A stretch of 63,803 nucleotides of DNA, filler included, from Cercozoa sp. M6MM (Eukaryota; Protista; Endomyxa: Ascetosporea), in the NCBI GenBank assembly GCA_040357565.1. It is 7 parts of 7 records of this genome, joined end to end, with 100 filler letters (N's around TTAATTAATTAA, not from the genome) between each part and the next. Parts side by side here need not be neighbours in the genome. Positions count along the whole stretch, not along the records: positions 1 to 26,879 come from JBDODJ010000144.1; 6 more parts are not named here. One strand, written 5' to 3'. This document shows, in pieces, positions 12,829 through 24,582 of this stretch. Made by a program: the position numbers and the translations under genes. The notes beneath the pieces are model-generated. The model had not been told where the DNA came from. It saw nothing but the letters and a program-made list of their open reading frames with translations, and searched no databases. Position 1 is the first letter of the stretch. Every line of letters begins with the position of its first letter.

Positions 12829-15800
12829 CTACCCCTACCCCTACCCCTACCCTACCCCTACCCTTGTCGCAGGCGACGCACTGCTGAGCAGCGGCATGCT
12901 GACCTACGCGGGCTACCTGGACGTGCACGCGCGTGCGCGTCTGCAGCGGCAGTGGCGCTCGCACCTGCTGGACCTAGAGATCCCGTTCGACGAGCAGGTG
13001 TGGAGCAGTCACAGTGCGCAGGACGACAGCAGTCCGGACAGCAGTCGGGACGACAACAGTCCGGATGCAGAGGAGACCGCCGGTCTGTCCGCCGGTATTG
13101 CGGCGTACCTGAGCTCGCCGGCCGAGCAGCTGCAGTGGAAGGCTCAGCACGGCCTGCCGGACGACGCGCTCTGTGTCGAGAACGCCGTCATGCTGGTGCG
13201 GCACCACCGCTACCCGCTCATGATCGACCCGAGCGGACAGGCCACGGCCTTTGTTGCCAGCTGGTTCGGTCGCGACGGACGCCGCGTGCTGCGCACCTCC
13301 TTCCTGGACCCCGGCTTCCTGCGGAGGTACCCTTGGCCCCCATCTATACACCCTGTCCCTACACCCCGTTCCTACACCCTGTCCCTACACCCCGTCCCTA
13401 TACCCCGTCCCTACACCCCGTTCCTACTTACCTCTACTTCTCCCCCCCCCCCCCCCCCCGGACAGTGTGGAGTCGGCCATCCGGTTCGGCGCGGCGCTGA
13501 TCGTGGAGGATGTGGAGCACATGGACCCGGTGCTCAACTCGGTGCTGAACCGCGAACTTACCAAGGTCGGCGGTCGTGTCTTGGTGCGACTCGGCGACAA
13601 GGACATTGACTTCTCGCCCTCCTTTGTTATCTTCTTGGTTACGGTAGTCCTGACCCCCTACCTATCTGACCCCTTGCCCTGTCTGACCCCTTGCCCTGTC
13701 TGACCCCCCTACCTGTTGTCTGACCCCCTGCCCTAACCCATACTCCTACCCATGCATCTTACCCCCTCCCCCGCGGTCCCCTGCAGCGCGACCCGAACGC
13801 GCACTTTGCGCCGGACCTGTGCTCGCGTGTGACGCTGGTGAACTTCTCGGTGACGGCGGCGTCGCTGCAGGCGCAGTGTCTGGCGCGTGTGCTGCAGGCC
13901 GAGCGACCCGATGTGGAACGGCGGCGGCGGCAGCTCTTGCAGGTAGTCCCTGTACCCCTGTCCCTGTCTATGTGGGCGTATGCCTCTTCCCTCCCAGGTG
14001 CAAAGCGAGTGTCGCGTGCGACTGCGCACGCTGGAGGAGCAGTTGCTGGGCACGCTGGGCGGCGGCGAGCGCGATGGCGCGGCACAGCGTCGCTCGCTGC
14101 TGGACGACGACTCGCTGAGCGCGCAGCTGCAGCAGCTCAAGCAGGAGGCCAGGCAGACCGAGGAGCACATGCGACGCGCCAGTGCCGTGATGCTCGCGCT
14201 GCGCCGCGTGTCGCGACAGTACGCGCCCTTCGCACGCGCCTGCGCCGACGCCTTCTTTGCCGTGCGCGGCATGCAGCAGGTGCACTTCCTGTACCACTTC
14301 TCGTTGTCGGCCTTCCTGCAGGGCGTCGATGCCGTGCTGCACCGGCACGCCCGTCCGACTGCGGCTGCCTCTGGTGCAGAGGTCTCGACGGATGCCATGC
14401 GGGAGGACCAGGACTACGAGGAGTACGAGGCCTTTGACGGCGTCGGTGGCGAGGAGACCTCGCAGCGCGTGCGTCTGCTGGCACTGCAGCTGCTGAAGGA
14501 GGTGTTTGCGCGCACGTCGCGCTCGCTGCTGCAGCAGCACCACCTGGTGCTGGCTCTGCGTTTCGCGCAGGTGCTGGTGTCGGTCGTGTTCGACAGTGAC
14601 AGCGACACTGGCACGCATATGGACAGTACCGACACAGCTGCTATGGACAGTGCCGGCAGTGCTGCTATGGACAGTGCTGGCACAGGCAGTGTGATGCCGC
14701 AGCGCGAGGTGGACCTGTTCACCAAGGGCAAGGTGAGTCCGGGCGCTCTGCCGCGGCACGAGAGCGACGAGGCGCTGGCGCCGCTGCTGCAGGCGCTGAG
14801 CGACGAGAGGCAGCGCCGCGTGCTGCGCGAACTGGTGCGACACTGCGGCGACGACCTGGCGCCGCTGGACAGCGAGGTGTGGTCGCACTGGCTGCCGCTG
14901 CTGCAGTCGCCCAGTGCGGCCGACGACACGGCCTCGTTGCTGCAGTTGTGTCACCGCACACTGCGTCATGGCACCGGTGCCACCACTAGTGTCCGCACCA
15001 CTAGTGTCCGCACTAGTGCTGCCATGCGAACGGCCGCCGCCAACGTGCGGCGCTCGTGGCTCTCGCTGCTGCTGCTGCGTGCCGTGCTGCCTGTGCGTGC
15101 TGCTGCGGCGGCACGTGCCTTTGTCGACGCCGTCTTCACGGGTGTGCAGGCCATGGACACTGCCGACACCGAGTCTGGTACCTTCTGGCACTGTGAGACT
15201 GCAGTGAAACTACAGTGAGACACGTGCGCACTGGTACCTTTTGTGCACAGTGCCACTGGACCTGATGTCGGCATCGGAGGAGACACCGCTGGCCAGTGTC
15301 GTCAAGACTGCCGCTCCCAGCACGCCTTTCATGTTCGTCGCCACGCCTGGCAACGACCCGTCGCCCAACGTGCTCGACATGGCACATGGCCACCACTGTA
15401 GCCACTTATACCCCCCCCCCCCCCACACACTCTCTATTACTCCTACCCTCTTACTCCTGCCCTCTTACTCCTGCCCTCTTACTCCTGCCCTCTTACTCCT
15501 GCCCTCTTACTCCTGCCCTCTTACTCCTNNNNNNNNNNCTCCTGCCCTCTTACTCCTGCCCTCTTACTCCTGCCCTCTTACTCCTACCCCTCCCTCGGTG
15601 GCACAGTGATCGAAGTGGCACTGGGCGCGCCCGAGGCGTTTGCCGAGGCCGACGAGGCCGTGCAGAAGGGCGCCCGACGCGGCGCCTGGGTGCTGCTCAA
15701 GAACGTGCACCTGGCTCCCGAGTGGCTCGCGCAGCTCGAGAAGCGTCTGCACCGTCTGTCGCACGAGTACTGCTGTTTGCCCCCCCCCCCCCCGTCGCCC

Positions 15801-16827
15801 CACCCCCCCCCCCCCCCCCCCCCAGCATGGGCAAGTCGGGTGCCGCGGGTAGTCTGCACGGCGACTTCCGTCTGTTCCTGACGGCGGAGATCCACCCGCG
15901 TCTGCCGACGACGCTGCTGCGCATGGCTCAGCTCGTGGTGTTCGAGACGCCGATGGGCCTGCAGGCCTCGCTGCGGCAGATCTACCAGTCCACTATTCCT
16001 GTCGAGTCCTTGGTACACTGTGTACATATACCCCCTCTATACATATACTCCTCTACATATACCCCTCTATACATATACCCCTCTATACATATACCCCTCT
16101 ATACATATACTTCTCTATACATATACCCCTCTATACATATACTCATCTATGCATATACCCCTCTATAGATAGACATTTATTTATTTATTACCCCCCCCCC
16201 TCCCCGCAGACAGGACCGCCGGAGGCACTGGCGCAGCGGCAGCGCATCTATTTGCTGCTGGCGTGGCTGCATGCCGTGGTGCAGGAGCGGCGGCGGTACG
16301 CGCCCTTCGGGTGGTCCAAGGACGTGGACTTTGCGCGCACGGACCTGCTGTGCGCGCTGCAGTGCGCGGACGAGTGGGTGGCCCGCGTGGCCGGCAGTCG
16401 GCAGCACGTGGACCCGGACACACTGCCGTGGCAGGCGCTGGCCACCTCGCTCGAGCAGTTCGTGTACGGCGGCCGGCTGGACAACTCCTTCGACCAGGAG
16501 CGCCTGCGCTCGTTCGCGCGCGCGCTGCTGTCTCCGCGCGCCTTCGACGCCGACTTCTCGCCGGGTGCCGCCACGGCTGGCGAGCGGCATGACCTGAGGA
16601 CTGTGCTAGGGGACCAAGAGGACCAAGAGCGACCTGGGGACCAAGCGGAACAGGAGGAGGTGCAGGTGCCGGCTTTGCCGAGAGACTGCTCGCGTCAGGG
16701 AGCACTCGCGTGGATCGACTCGCTGTCGCCGAGTGTCACGACGTCGCCTCGAGTGCTCGGCTTGGCGCCCGGTGTCTCGCTCGTACTGCTCGGCCGCCGT
16801 GTGGCTGCATTGGCCAAGTACCCCACC

Positions 16828-16860
<33 letters not shown>

Positions 16861-18488
16861 TGTGTGCTGTGTCTATATCTAGATTATGTCTCTATCTAGA
16901 TTATGTCTATCCCTAGATTATGTCTATCCCTAGGTTATGTCTGTATCTAGATTATGTCTATACCTAGATGATGTCTATATCTAGATTATGTGTTATGCGA
17001 ATGTTGTGACAGGCACTGGCTGCTGCTGCTGGCAGCGGCCGAGGGTGGCGATGACGACGACGTCGAGGACTCCACCGAGGGTGCCGACGAGGAGGCCGAC
17101 ATGGCGCTGCGGCAGCACGCGCAGCTTCGGTACCTGGCTTTACTCTGCCTCCACCCCGCTCCATCCTACCCACTAGCCTGTCCTCCCATCTGCGCCTGTC
17201 CTACTTGACTGTGTGCTGGCACAGTCACGACGTGGAAGCCTGGAGTGCCGTGCTGGAGCCGCTGCGCGCCATCCGACTGCTGCGTGCCGACGAGGCGCCG
17301 CCCAAGGAGACTGCCAAGAAGGACGGCGCCGTGCTGGTGCGTCGCACGGCCGAGGCGGTCAAGAACCCGCTGTTCCGTGCGCTGGCACGCGACGCCGTCA
17401 TTGCTGAGCAGTCGCGCGCTGTCATGGCTCGCGACGCCGCCGATGTTCTGGCCTGGCTACGGGGGTGCTCCTTCCTCTCCCTATACCTATACACATGTTT
17501 GTATTGTACCCATATACACGTTGGTATTGTACCCATATCCATGTTGGTATTGTATCCATATCCGTGTTAATATTGTACCCATATACATGTTGGTATTGTA
17601 TCTATATACATGTTGGTATTGTATCCATATACATGTTGGTATTGTAGCCATGTCCGTGTTAATATTGTAGCCATACACATGTTTAAGATTGCCCCTGGTG
17701 TAGAGAGACGCGGCCGACCAACCGAACGCGCGAGGTGGTGGCGGCACTGCGACGTGATGTGCCACCTGCCGACTGGACTAAGGACTGGCACGCTCCGAAG
17801 GTGCGTCCCTGTATGACCATGCCCATTACCATGACCATGACCATGACCATGACCATGACTCACCATGATGCGGCCATGATGTCTGTGTGTGTGGCAGACA
17901 CTGGGCGTGGCCGAGTTCGTGCGCGACTTTGCGCGCCGACACGAGCAACTGGCGCGTCTGTTCAAGAGCGACTTCTGTGCCGTGAGGCCCTCCTCTGCCT
18001 CTGCCCCGTCGTTGCCGGCGAGGCCCTGCGTGTGGCTCGGCGGTCTCTTCCTGCCGGCCGCCTTCGTTGCCGCGTGCCGCCAGTACGTCGCGCGTCGCAA
18101 CCGCTGGCCGCTGGAGCAGGTGCACGCGCGCGTGGACTTCCTGTGCGATGAGGATGAGGCCGCCGACTCGGACGCCGACTCCTTCGTCTTCGAGGGCATG
18201 TCGGTCTCGGCCACGCGCGTCGAGAACGGCGTGCTGCACCTGTGCGACGAGACGCGCAGTCGACTGCCACGTGCCAGGTTCACCTTCGTGCTCGGCAAGC
18301 CCGCCGATGACGACAGCAAGCAGCACGATGCCTCCGAGGCGGACGATGTGCGCGTGCAAGTGCCTGTCTACAGTGTCGACACTCTGGACGAGCTGCTCTT
18401 TGCCGTGCATGTGCGCGCCGACGCGCAGGTGCGTCGCGACGCCTGGTGCCGCCGTGGCGTTGCCATCGCACTCTGGAGCGCTGCCTAG
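42..18488 (+). CDS. DYNC1H1: Cytoplasmic dynein 1 heavy chain, 5'-truncated; 39 complete introns in the window
   Basis: Spliced translation gives [14 protein letters not shown]|[54 protein letters not shown] (AAA1, cytoplasmic type), the P-loops [16 protein letters not shown] and [40 protein letters not shown]|[13 protein letters not shown], stalk/[15 protein letters not shown] and [16 protein letters not shown]. Stop TAG at 18486-18488. Confidence 0.97.
1456..3847 (+). repeat. Cluster of dynein introns filled with telomere-like (CCCTA/CCCCTA)n tracts (1456-1697, 2287-2594, 2807-3027, 3482-3847)
   Basis: Directly visible; includes a pure (TACCC)n run at about 2933-3010. Each tract is bounded by GT...AG that restore the dynein frame. 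Confidence 0.93.
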
Positions 18489-18740
18489 GCTGCACATGCA
18501 CTCTACTTGTAAACGCCTAGTCACAGTTTACGTTAGTATGTTTTGTTTTGCTTAGATTAAGCGTATCGCTTCTCCGGTATCGCACGTTCAGTTTATTCGA
18601 TTCAGTTTCTGCGTCCGGCCAAACCGCGCGGAGGGATTAAAATGCGAGCAATGTCCGTCGTACAGGGGAGTAGTATGACGTTAGAACTGAGAGCGCGCTA
18701 GAAACCTGGAATAGATTTAACAGGGGCTGTTCCGGCAGTG

Positions 18741-21350
18741 ATGTCAGTTTTCACAGTGCTTTCACTCCAGCACAATGAACCATCCTGTTTTGCGCTTAGT
18801 CAGCCAACTGCGGATGGGTTCGCTGTGACGCAGTTGTTGCCCAACCCAAACTCAGCTGCAAGTACAATTCCAGTGCGCGCCGAGACGACTGCAATTCTCC
18901 TTTCTCGTGCTACTGAAGGTCGAGCGGCACTGACTTCATCTCGAGGCCTGACGCAGCAGTGTGAGCGCGTCGCGGCTGCGGCAGTCAAGGGAGAAACAGC
19001 ATGTGTCGTCAGCTATGGCCTGCCAAAGTACCCGAGCTTTATCTGTGCATGGGCTATCCAAAAAATCAAAATTTCTTTTCGGTGCACTAATTTAGAACGG
19101 GAAAGACGAAAACGTTGTTTGATAGCGAAAGCGGGGCATTTCCTTGCGTAGTCGCTGCAGTTTTCGAAAAACTAGCTCTCGCGAGTGCAGCGGCTCGTAT
19201 CGACACACACGAACAGCGAGTCGTCATATCGGCGGCTGTGCTTGCCTCTGGAAAAAACGGTCCTGTCGCAGTCGACCTTCTTTGTTTCGATCCAGGCAAC
19301 CGGGAGTTTGCACCACGAAAACTCACCAACCTCGACCTGCAGGAATCTGAAGATGACCTTGGCAATGAAGCCGCAGGTGTGCCGGCAGATTTTTGGAGCT
19401 TTCCGGGTCTCGCTTCGATTGAAGTGAAGAACGTCGTGCAGGCGAATGCGCTGAAGAACCAAGCACTTCGCTGCTGGAAGCTAGCGAAATGCGGCTCAAT
19501 TCTGTCTGATGAGGACGAGGTTAATCCATTCACAAACTCCTCGTTTTTGGTGGAAGTGCGCGTCGAACGAAATCTATCGAATACAGAGCAACAGGAGTAC
19601 GAGGGCTTGTGCGGCAACAATGGCAAGGAGGGAGAAGGCGCGCTTGCAGCCGAAAAGCCGTATCATCGTGGCGCTGTGCGATTGATTGAGGTTCGGCACT
19701 GTGGGGGCTTGAGCTCCGAAGTTGGTACCCATGTGTCATGTCTCAGCCCTAAAATGACAACATTGTGACTTCTTTCACATTGGCAGACCCTGAGTTAAAG
19801 AGTTTCCACTCGGCTCTCGAGTTCGGTGCGAACTCAGACGGCGAGATACGAAGGGTCCCAGATAACTTTCTTTCCACTGCTTTGACAGCTGCACTGTCTC
19901 CTCTGCTGCGTCCACAAAGCTTGGACTCCTTGGCTGCAAGCATTTTCATTGGGCATGTGTCTGACACGTGGGATACTCACGCCGAGAACGAGCGAGTTTT
20001 CGTGACATTGAGACTGATCGCATCCTTGCGTGCTCGGTCCCTGTCAACGGAACAGTCGCTGTTCGGACGCATCATCGATCCGCGAGGTTTGCTCGCGCAG
20101 ATAGACCAAGAAATCGACTCACTTCTGCCCTTTGTTGGTGATTCTGTGTTCGACAACGACCAGATCGGAGCACTGCGGGGAGATTTTGACCCTGCTGTTG
20201 AAGCACGGGTAAGATCACTTGTGGTCGGTCGTGCTGCCGTGAAGCAACTAACTTGGAGTCAGTGTACGAACAAAAGGAAGGTCGACGCTTCGCTTCGTAT
20301 CGAGTGCTTGCGTCAAGCTGGACTTATTGCTGTGGTGAATAAATCGTTTTACGAACTACTCCTGTCCTCAGTAATACCGTGACTGTTTAAATAATTAGGT
20401 AGTCGATGACTCGGAAGCGTACTTGCCTGAGCACACGATGGTGTCAGCGGACACCAGTCTCGAACAAGACGCCATTCTTGCTCAGCGGATACTAAAGGAA
20501 AGTCGCATGCTGGTAGGGATGATTCAAAACATGAGCGCGAAGCAGCAGGAGCTGAGAGCACTCACTGACGAAGAGGATGCTGAAGACGAAAGTCTCAAAG
20601 GCGACTTTGAGGAGAAGAGCGGTCTTGACTCGATCGACAAGCGAATGCGCACGCTGGTGGCAGAGTTGGGTCGTGAGAAACGCCGCGTGCAAAAGACAAG
20701 CACCTTGCTTCGCAAATCGCTCATCGCCGACCTTGAGCGGAGACGCGCTGCACACTGCGTCGACACGGTCGATGACTTGGTATCGCTGGAGAGCGCCGTA
20801 AGCACCGCCATGTTTCTGCCCGACGTCCTAGTTGAAGCGTCTAAAAAAGACCCCTCGCTGCGGCAAAAACTTGCCGAAGCTGAAACGCCCGTCGACAGAG
20901 CGCGAGTCACTCTTGAGTGGGAGGTACTGTTCTACCTTCAGTTATGTCGCTAATCGGTCACATCATCGTAGCGAAACGAGATGATGCGATGTCTCGTCTT
21001 GGAGCGCCTTCGGCACAGTCTTTTACTGCGACGAGCCAATACGTCGGTTCTCCGTGCTTTTCACGATTTCCGACAGTCGCACGAGCAGTTCTCGGCCGCT
21101 CAAAATAAGCTCTGGCAGTCCCAGATACAGGATCTAATCGCCTCAAACCTCGAGCTCCGCGCGGAGAACGCCGCACTGCGCAAGCAAGCAGAAGACCTTA
21201 CTAGGCGCGAGCTAGATTTAGCTCTGTGACGTGTTTTCGGATGTTTTTACTCCTAGCCGGGTCGCGCAGCATGCCAACATGCGCCTATCTCTCGCTGACA
21301 GGGTGCCGAGAATCCAGCGCCCTGGCAACCAGGCGATCAAAGGAAAATAA
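18741..21350 (+). CDS. Highly divergent kinesin-like protein (motor-like domain plus coiled coil)
   Basis: Removing intron 19028-19095 gives GETACVVSYGLPK|TGKTKTLFDSESGAFPCVVAAVFEKL, the kinesin P-loop context. Later VPDNFLSTALTAALSPLL and FIGHVS...ENERVFVTLRLIASLR align to the VPYRDSKLTRLL and ETLSTLRFA segments. The end is either TGA 21229 or, via a GC-AG intron, TAA 21350. Confidence 0.7.
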
Positions 21351-21405
21351 ACTAAATGCAAATTTACTAAATTTAGCTTGTTCATAGACCACGCCCTGTA
21401 GACTC

Positions 21406-22538
21406 ATGGGTGCCATCAGTACAGCAGACAGCCTATGTCTACTGCCACCAACTCTAACCATGTCAAACGTCGCAAATACCCCCGTAGGTGACGATTGATC
21501 CTCCAAGTGATTTGTCCTAGCGCATTTGGTGCATAGACAGAAGCTACCTCGTGTTTCCTAGCGATTGGCTTGGCGTAGAGCCATCAAAGGAAACCCTCGT
21601 GTGCCCAGCCCTTTTTGTGGTGGTAACGAAGTTTCGATATTCGAGCCATTGAAGCGTGTCTTCTCAAATGATGTTCCAGCTGTCTCGTGGTCTCAGAAAG
21701 CACCCACGACGCAAGTCGCGTGCCAGACGATTCACTGACATGTTTGCATCGTCGCTGGCGTCGGTGAATCCACACCGCTCGAGAGCGCAACCTTCAACTC
21801 GCAAGAATTTGAAGGGCAAAACGAAGAAAGTGCTTTCACGGTTTCGTTTGAAGCGAAAGCGCAATGCTACTCCGAAGCGGGCGCGAACTTGCGTCTTCAA
21901 GCTTGAGGACTTGCTAAGGTATGTCGATTTTCTCCGGACCCGTTGCTGTTTTGTTTCTCATCTGTTTTCGTTGGACAACTTTGCAGTGGCAAGAAATCTC
22001 ACAAGCACCGTGATTCTTCATCGGTAACGCCGAAGAAGAGCACGAAGAAAAAGGCAACAGGCACACTCGAGACACGCAAGACGAAAGCTCACAGCTGTTC
22101 GTCGCGCTCACATGTGCGCCATCACTGCAAGTGCAAGACGGTCCCAGAGCGGTGCAACAACCTGCCGAAGCAAGATGAGGCTGACACCAAGATCATCAAC
22201 AACAATAGCGACAACAACAAAAGCACAACGTTCAAAGTGCCTCCCGCTCCGCGGAATCACCAGCTACTTGTCGAGCAAAAAAGTACGACCTTTCTTCTCT
22301 GTCTTTCGTTGCTTCTGTTTTGACAATTATCACTTGCGCCTTTTAACTTTGTGCAGCGCTAAAGCATCGACTCGTGACCCTCGTGAACACTGTGCACATC
22401 CTCCAAGAGTCATCGTTCCGCGAAACGGGCTGCCGCTGCATTCCGCCCAGCGTGAACAAGCTCTTGTCGCAGGTATCCCAAATCAAGGATGAGCTCTCCA
22501 TGGTCGAGGCTAAGCTGTCCGGCCAACTCGCACTGTAG
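21406..22538 (+). CDS. Hypothetical Lys/Arg/Ser-rich protein
   Basis: Exons at about 21668-21918, 21987-22282 and 22357-22538 join through GT-AG introns into one frame ending ...SGQLAL*. Start uncertain; no family recognised. Confidence 0.4.
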
Positions 22539-22846
22539 AAGAAGATATCCGGTACCCCTGCAGTGAAATGTCCCTCGTGCGTGCTGCACACAAGTACAAG
22601 TACGACACACGCTCGAGGCTGAATAGTTTGTATTCCATGTAATAATATTGACTGATTTATTTTGGGCGAGGCCGAAATCAAATAACTGTGTTCGGTGCAC
22701 ATAACATAAAAAGCACCACACAGAATACAACCTGCGCGGAACAGAATCACTGTAGCCACTACTAGCGAGAGAGCTTAAACTGCCCGTCATACACTCTAGT
22801 GCGTTTGATTTAGCGCGTTGGACTCATTGAAAAGAGAGTAGCGGTG

Positions 22847-23423
22847 ATGAAGGAGGCTCAGTTCACGGAGCGTGTGACGAAACTCGGTGATGTTCTGGTA
22901 AACGCCGAGGCGCCGATCGCCGAGCGCATGCGTACCTGTTTCTTGCTGAAGCAGGCCGCTGGAAACGACCTACCGGGTACATTCTTCGATTTTAAAATGG
23001 CTGTGCATGTATGGACGCGGTGCACATCTCTCTTGTGGTGTGTGGGCAGAGGACGCCGCCCAGCAGGCGATTGCGCAGCTGGCGCGCGCTTTCGACGGCA
23101 GCGACTCGGTGCTGCTGAAGCATGAGGTTGCCTACGTCATGGGACAGCTGCGCAATACTGCTGCCATTCCGGCACTCGCTCGGTATGCTCTATGACAAAG
23201 ACCGGGACACAAGATGTCAGTTTTGTGCGCGCAGTGTGCTGAAGGACACGTCGCGCAACTGCATCGTGCGACACGAAGCAGCCGAGGCACTGGGTGCCAT
23301 CTCGGGCGATGAAGCCAAGCAGCTGCTGGCCGACTTTGTCGACGATGACGCCATCGAGGTGGCCCAGACCGCGCGGTTGGCCATGCGCGGCCTCGAGTTT
23401 TGCGCCTGCCAGACTAAGGTGCG

Positions 23424-23471
<48 letters not shown>

Positions 23472-24362
23472 TGTGTGTGTGTGTGCTGGTTCAAGTCTTG
23501 CCCGTATAATTAATGTCATCTCGTGTATCCGCACCTGTATCCGCACCTGTCAGGCGCCGTCGTTGTTCAACTCGGTGGACCCTGCGCCCCCACTGCCGGC
23601 TGCAGAGTTGTCGCAGCTGCGCGAGTCGCTTCTCGACACCTCGGCCTCGCTTTTCGATCGGTTTCTTTGCCCGCCCATGCATGTACATGTGTACGTGACA
23701 GCTGTCTCTTGAGAACGTGTTTTGCAGCTACCGCGCAATGTTCGCGCTGCGTGATACGATGCAAAGTGACGCTGCTCTTGCGTTGTGCGATGGGTACTGT
23801 TGCACGAGCTTTGTGTTCTTGTATGGTATCGATGCTGTGCCATGTGCGCAGTCTGAGGGACGAATCCGCGCTGTTCCGACATGAGATTGCCTACGTGCTG
23901 GGTCAGATGATGCAGGCCTCAGCCGTGCCGGCGCTGCTGCTCCGACTGCGTGATCTGGAGGAGCATCCTATGGTACACTCTGCTGATGAGCGTGTCTGGC
24001 ATGCTGTGTATTGTCTGACAGGTGCGCCACGAGGCAGCCGAGGCACTTGGCAGCATCGCCATCGACGAGGTGTTCTAGTTTTCCTTCTCTGTTTTCGAGT
24101 GATGCACTGTTGCCCCAAACCAACGCAGGTGCGCTCCGAACTCGAGCTCTTCCGCAATGACAAGGACCGTGTTGTTGCTGGTACTTTTTTTTTCAAATAA
24201 ACACTTCACGTGTTCTCGTTCAGGCTCTGTCGATGTGCATTGCTATGTGTGTGTGTATGTGTGTGTGTGTGTGTGTGTGCCTGCGCAGAGAGCTGCGACG
24301 TCGCACTGGATCTGGCTGAGTACTGGACCTCGCAGGAGGTGTCGACCTTTGACGAGGCGTAA
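22847..24362 (+). CDS. DOHH: Deoxyhypusine hydroxylase
   Basis: HEAT repeats with the four HE motifs: SVLLKHEVAYVMGQ, IVRHEAAEALGAI, SALFRHEIAYVLGQ and HPM|VRHEAAEALGSI; also FNSVDPAPP. Stop TAA at 24360-24362. Confidence 0.95.
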
Positions 24363-24582
24363 ACGAAGCTTGGTCGTGCGCGATATATAGTTGGTTAGTC
24401 TAGTAGCTTAATTTTAACGGTAGTTTAACTCGGAGTCCAGCAATTATCCAAAACGCGAGGGCGCACCGCACAAGGACTTGGCTGCCCAGAGTTGCTTTCG
24501 ATGGCAATCTCTGTCAGTTTATCTTAAATTGAATATGTTGTTTTTGTTTGGCGTGCCGTAAGTACCGCGGATTCAGTTAAAA

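Noticed and set aside
3828-15191. Long minus-strand ORFs (e.g. 3828-5093, 5208-6392, 13968-15191)
   Set aside because: Antisense shadows of very GC3-rich dynein exons, with no recognisable motifs of their own.
18565-18574. ATCGCTTCTC resembling the U2 snRNA 5' end
   Set aside because: Only 10 nt match; no GTGTAGTA branch-pairing region or Sm site follows.
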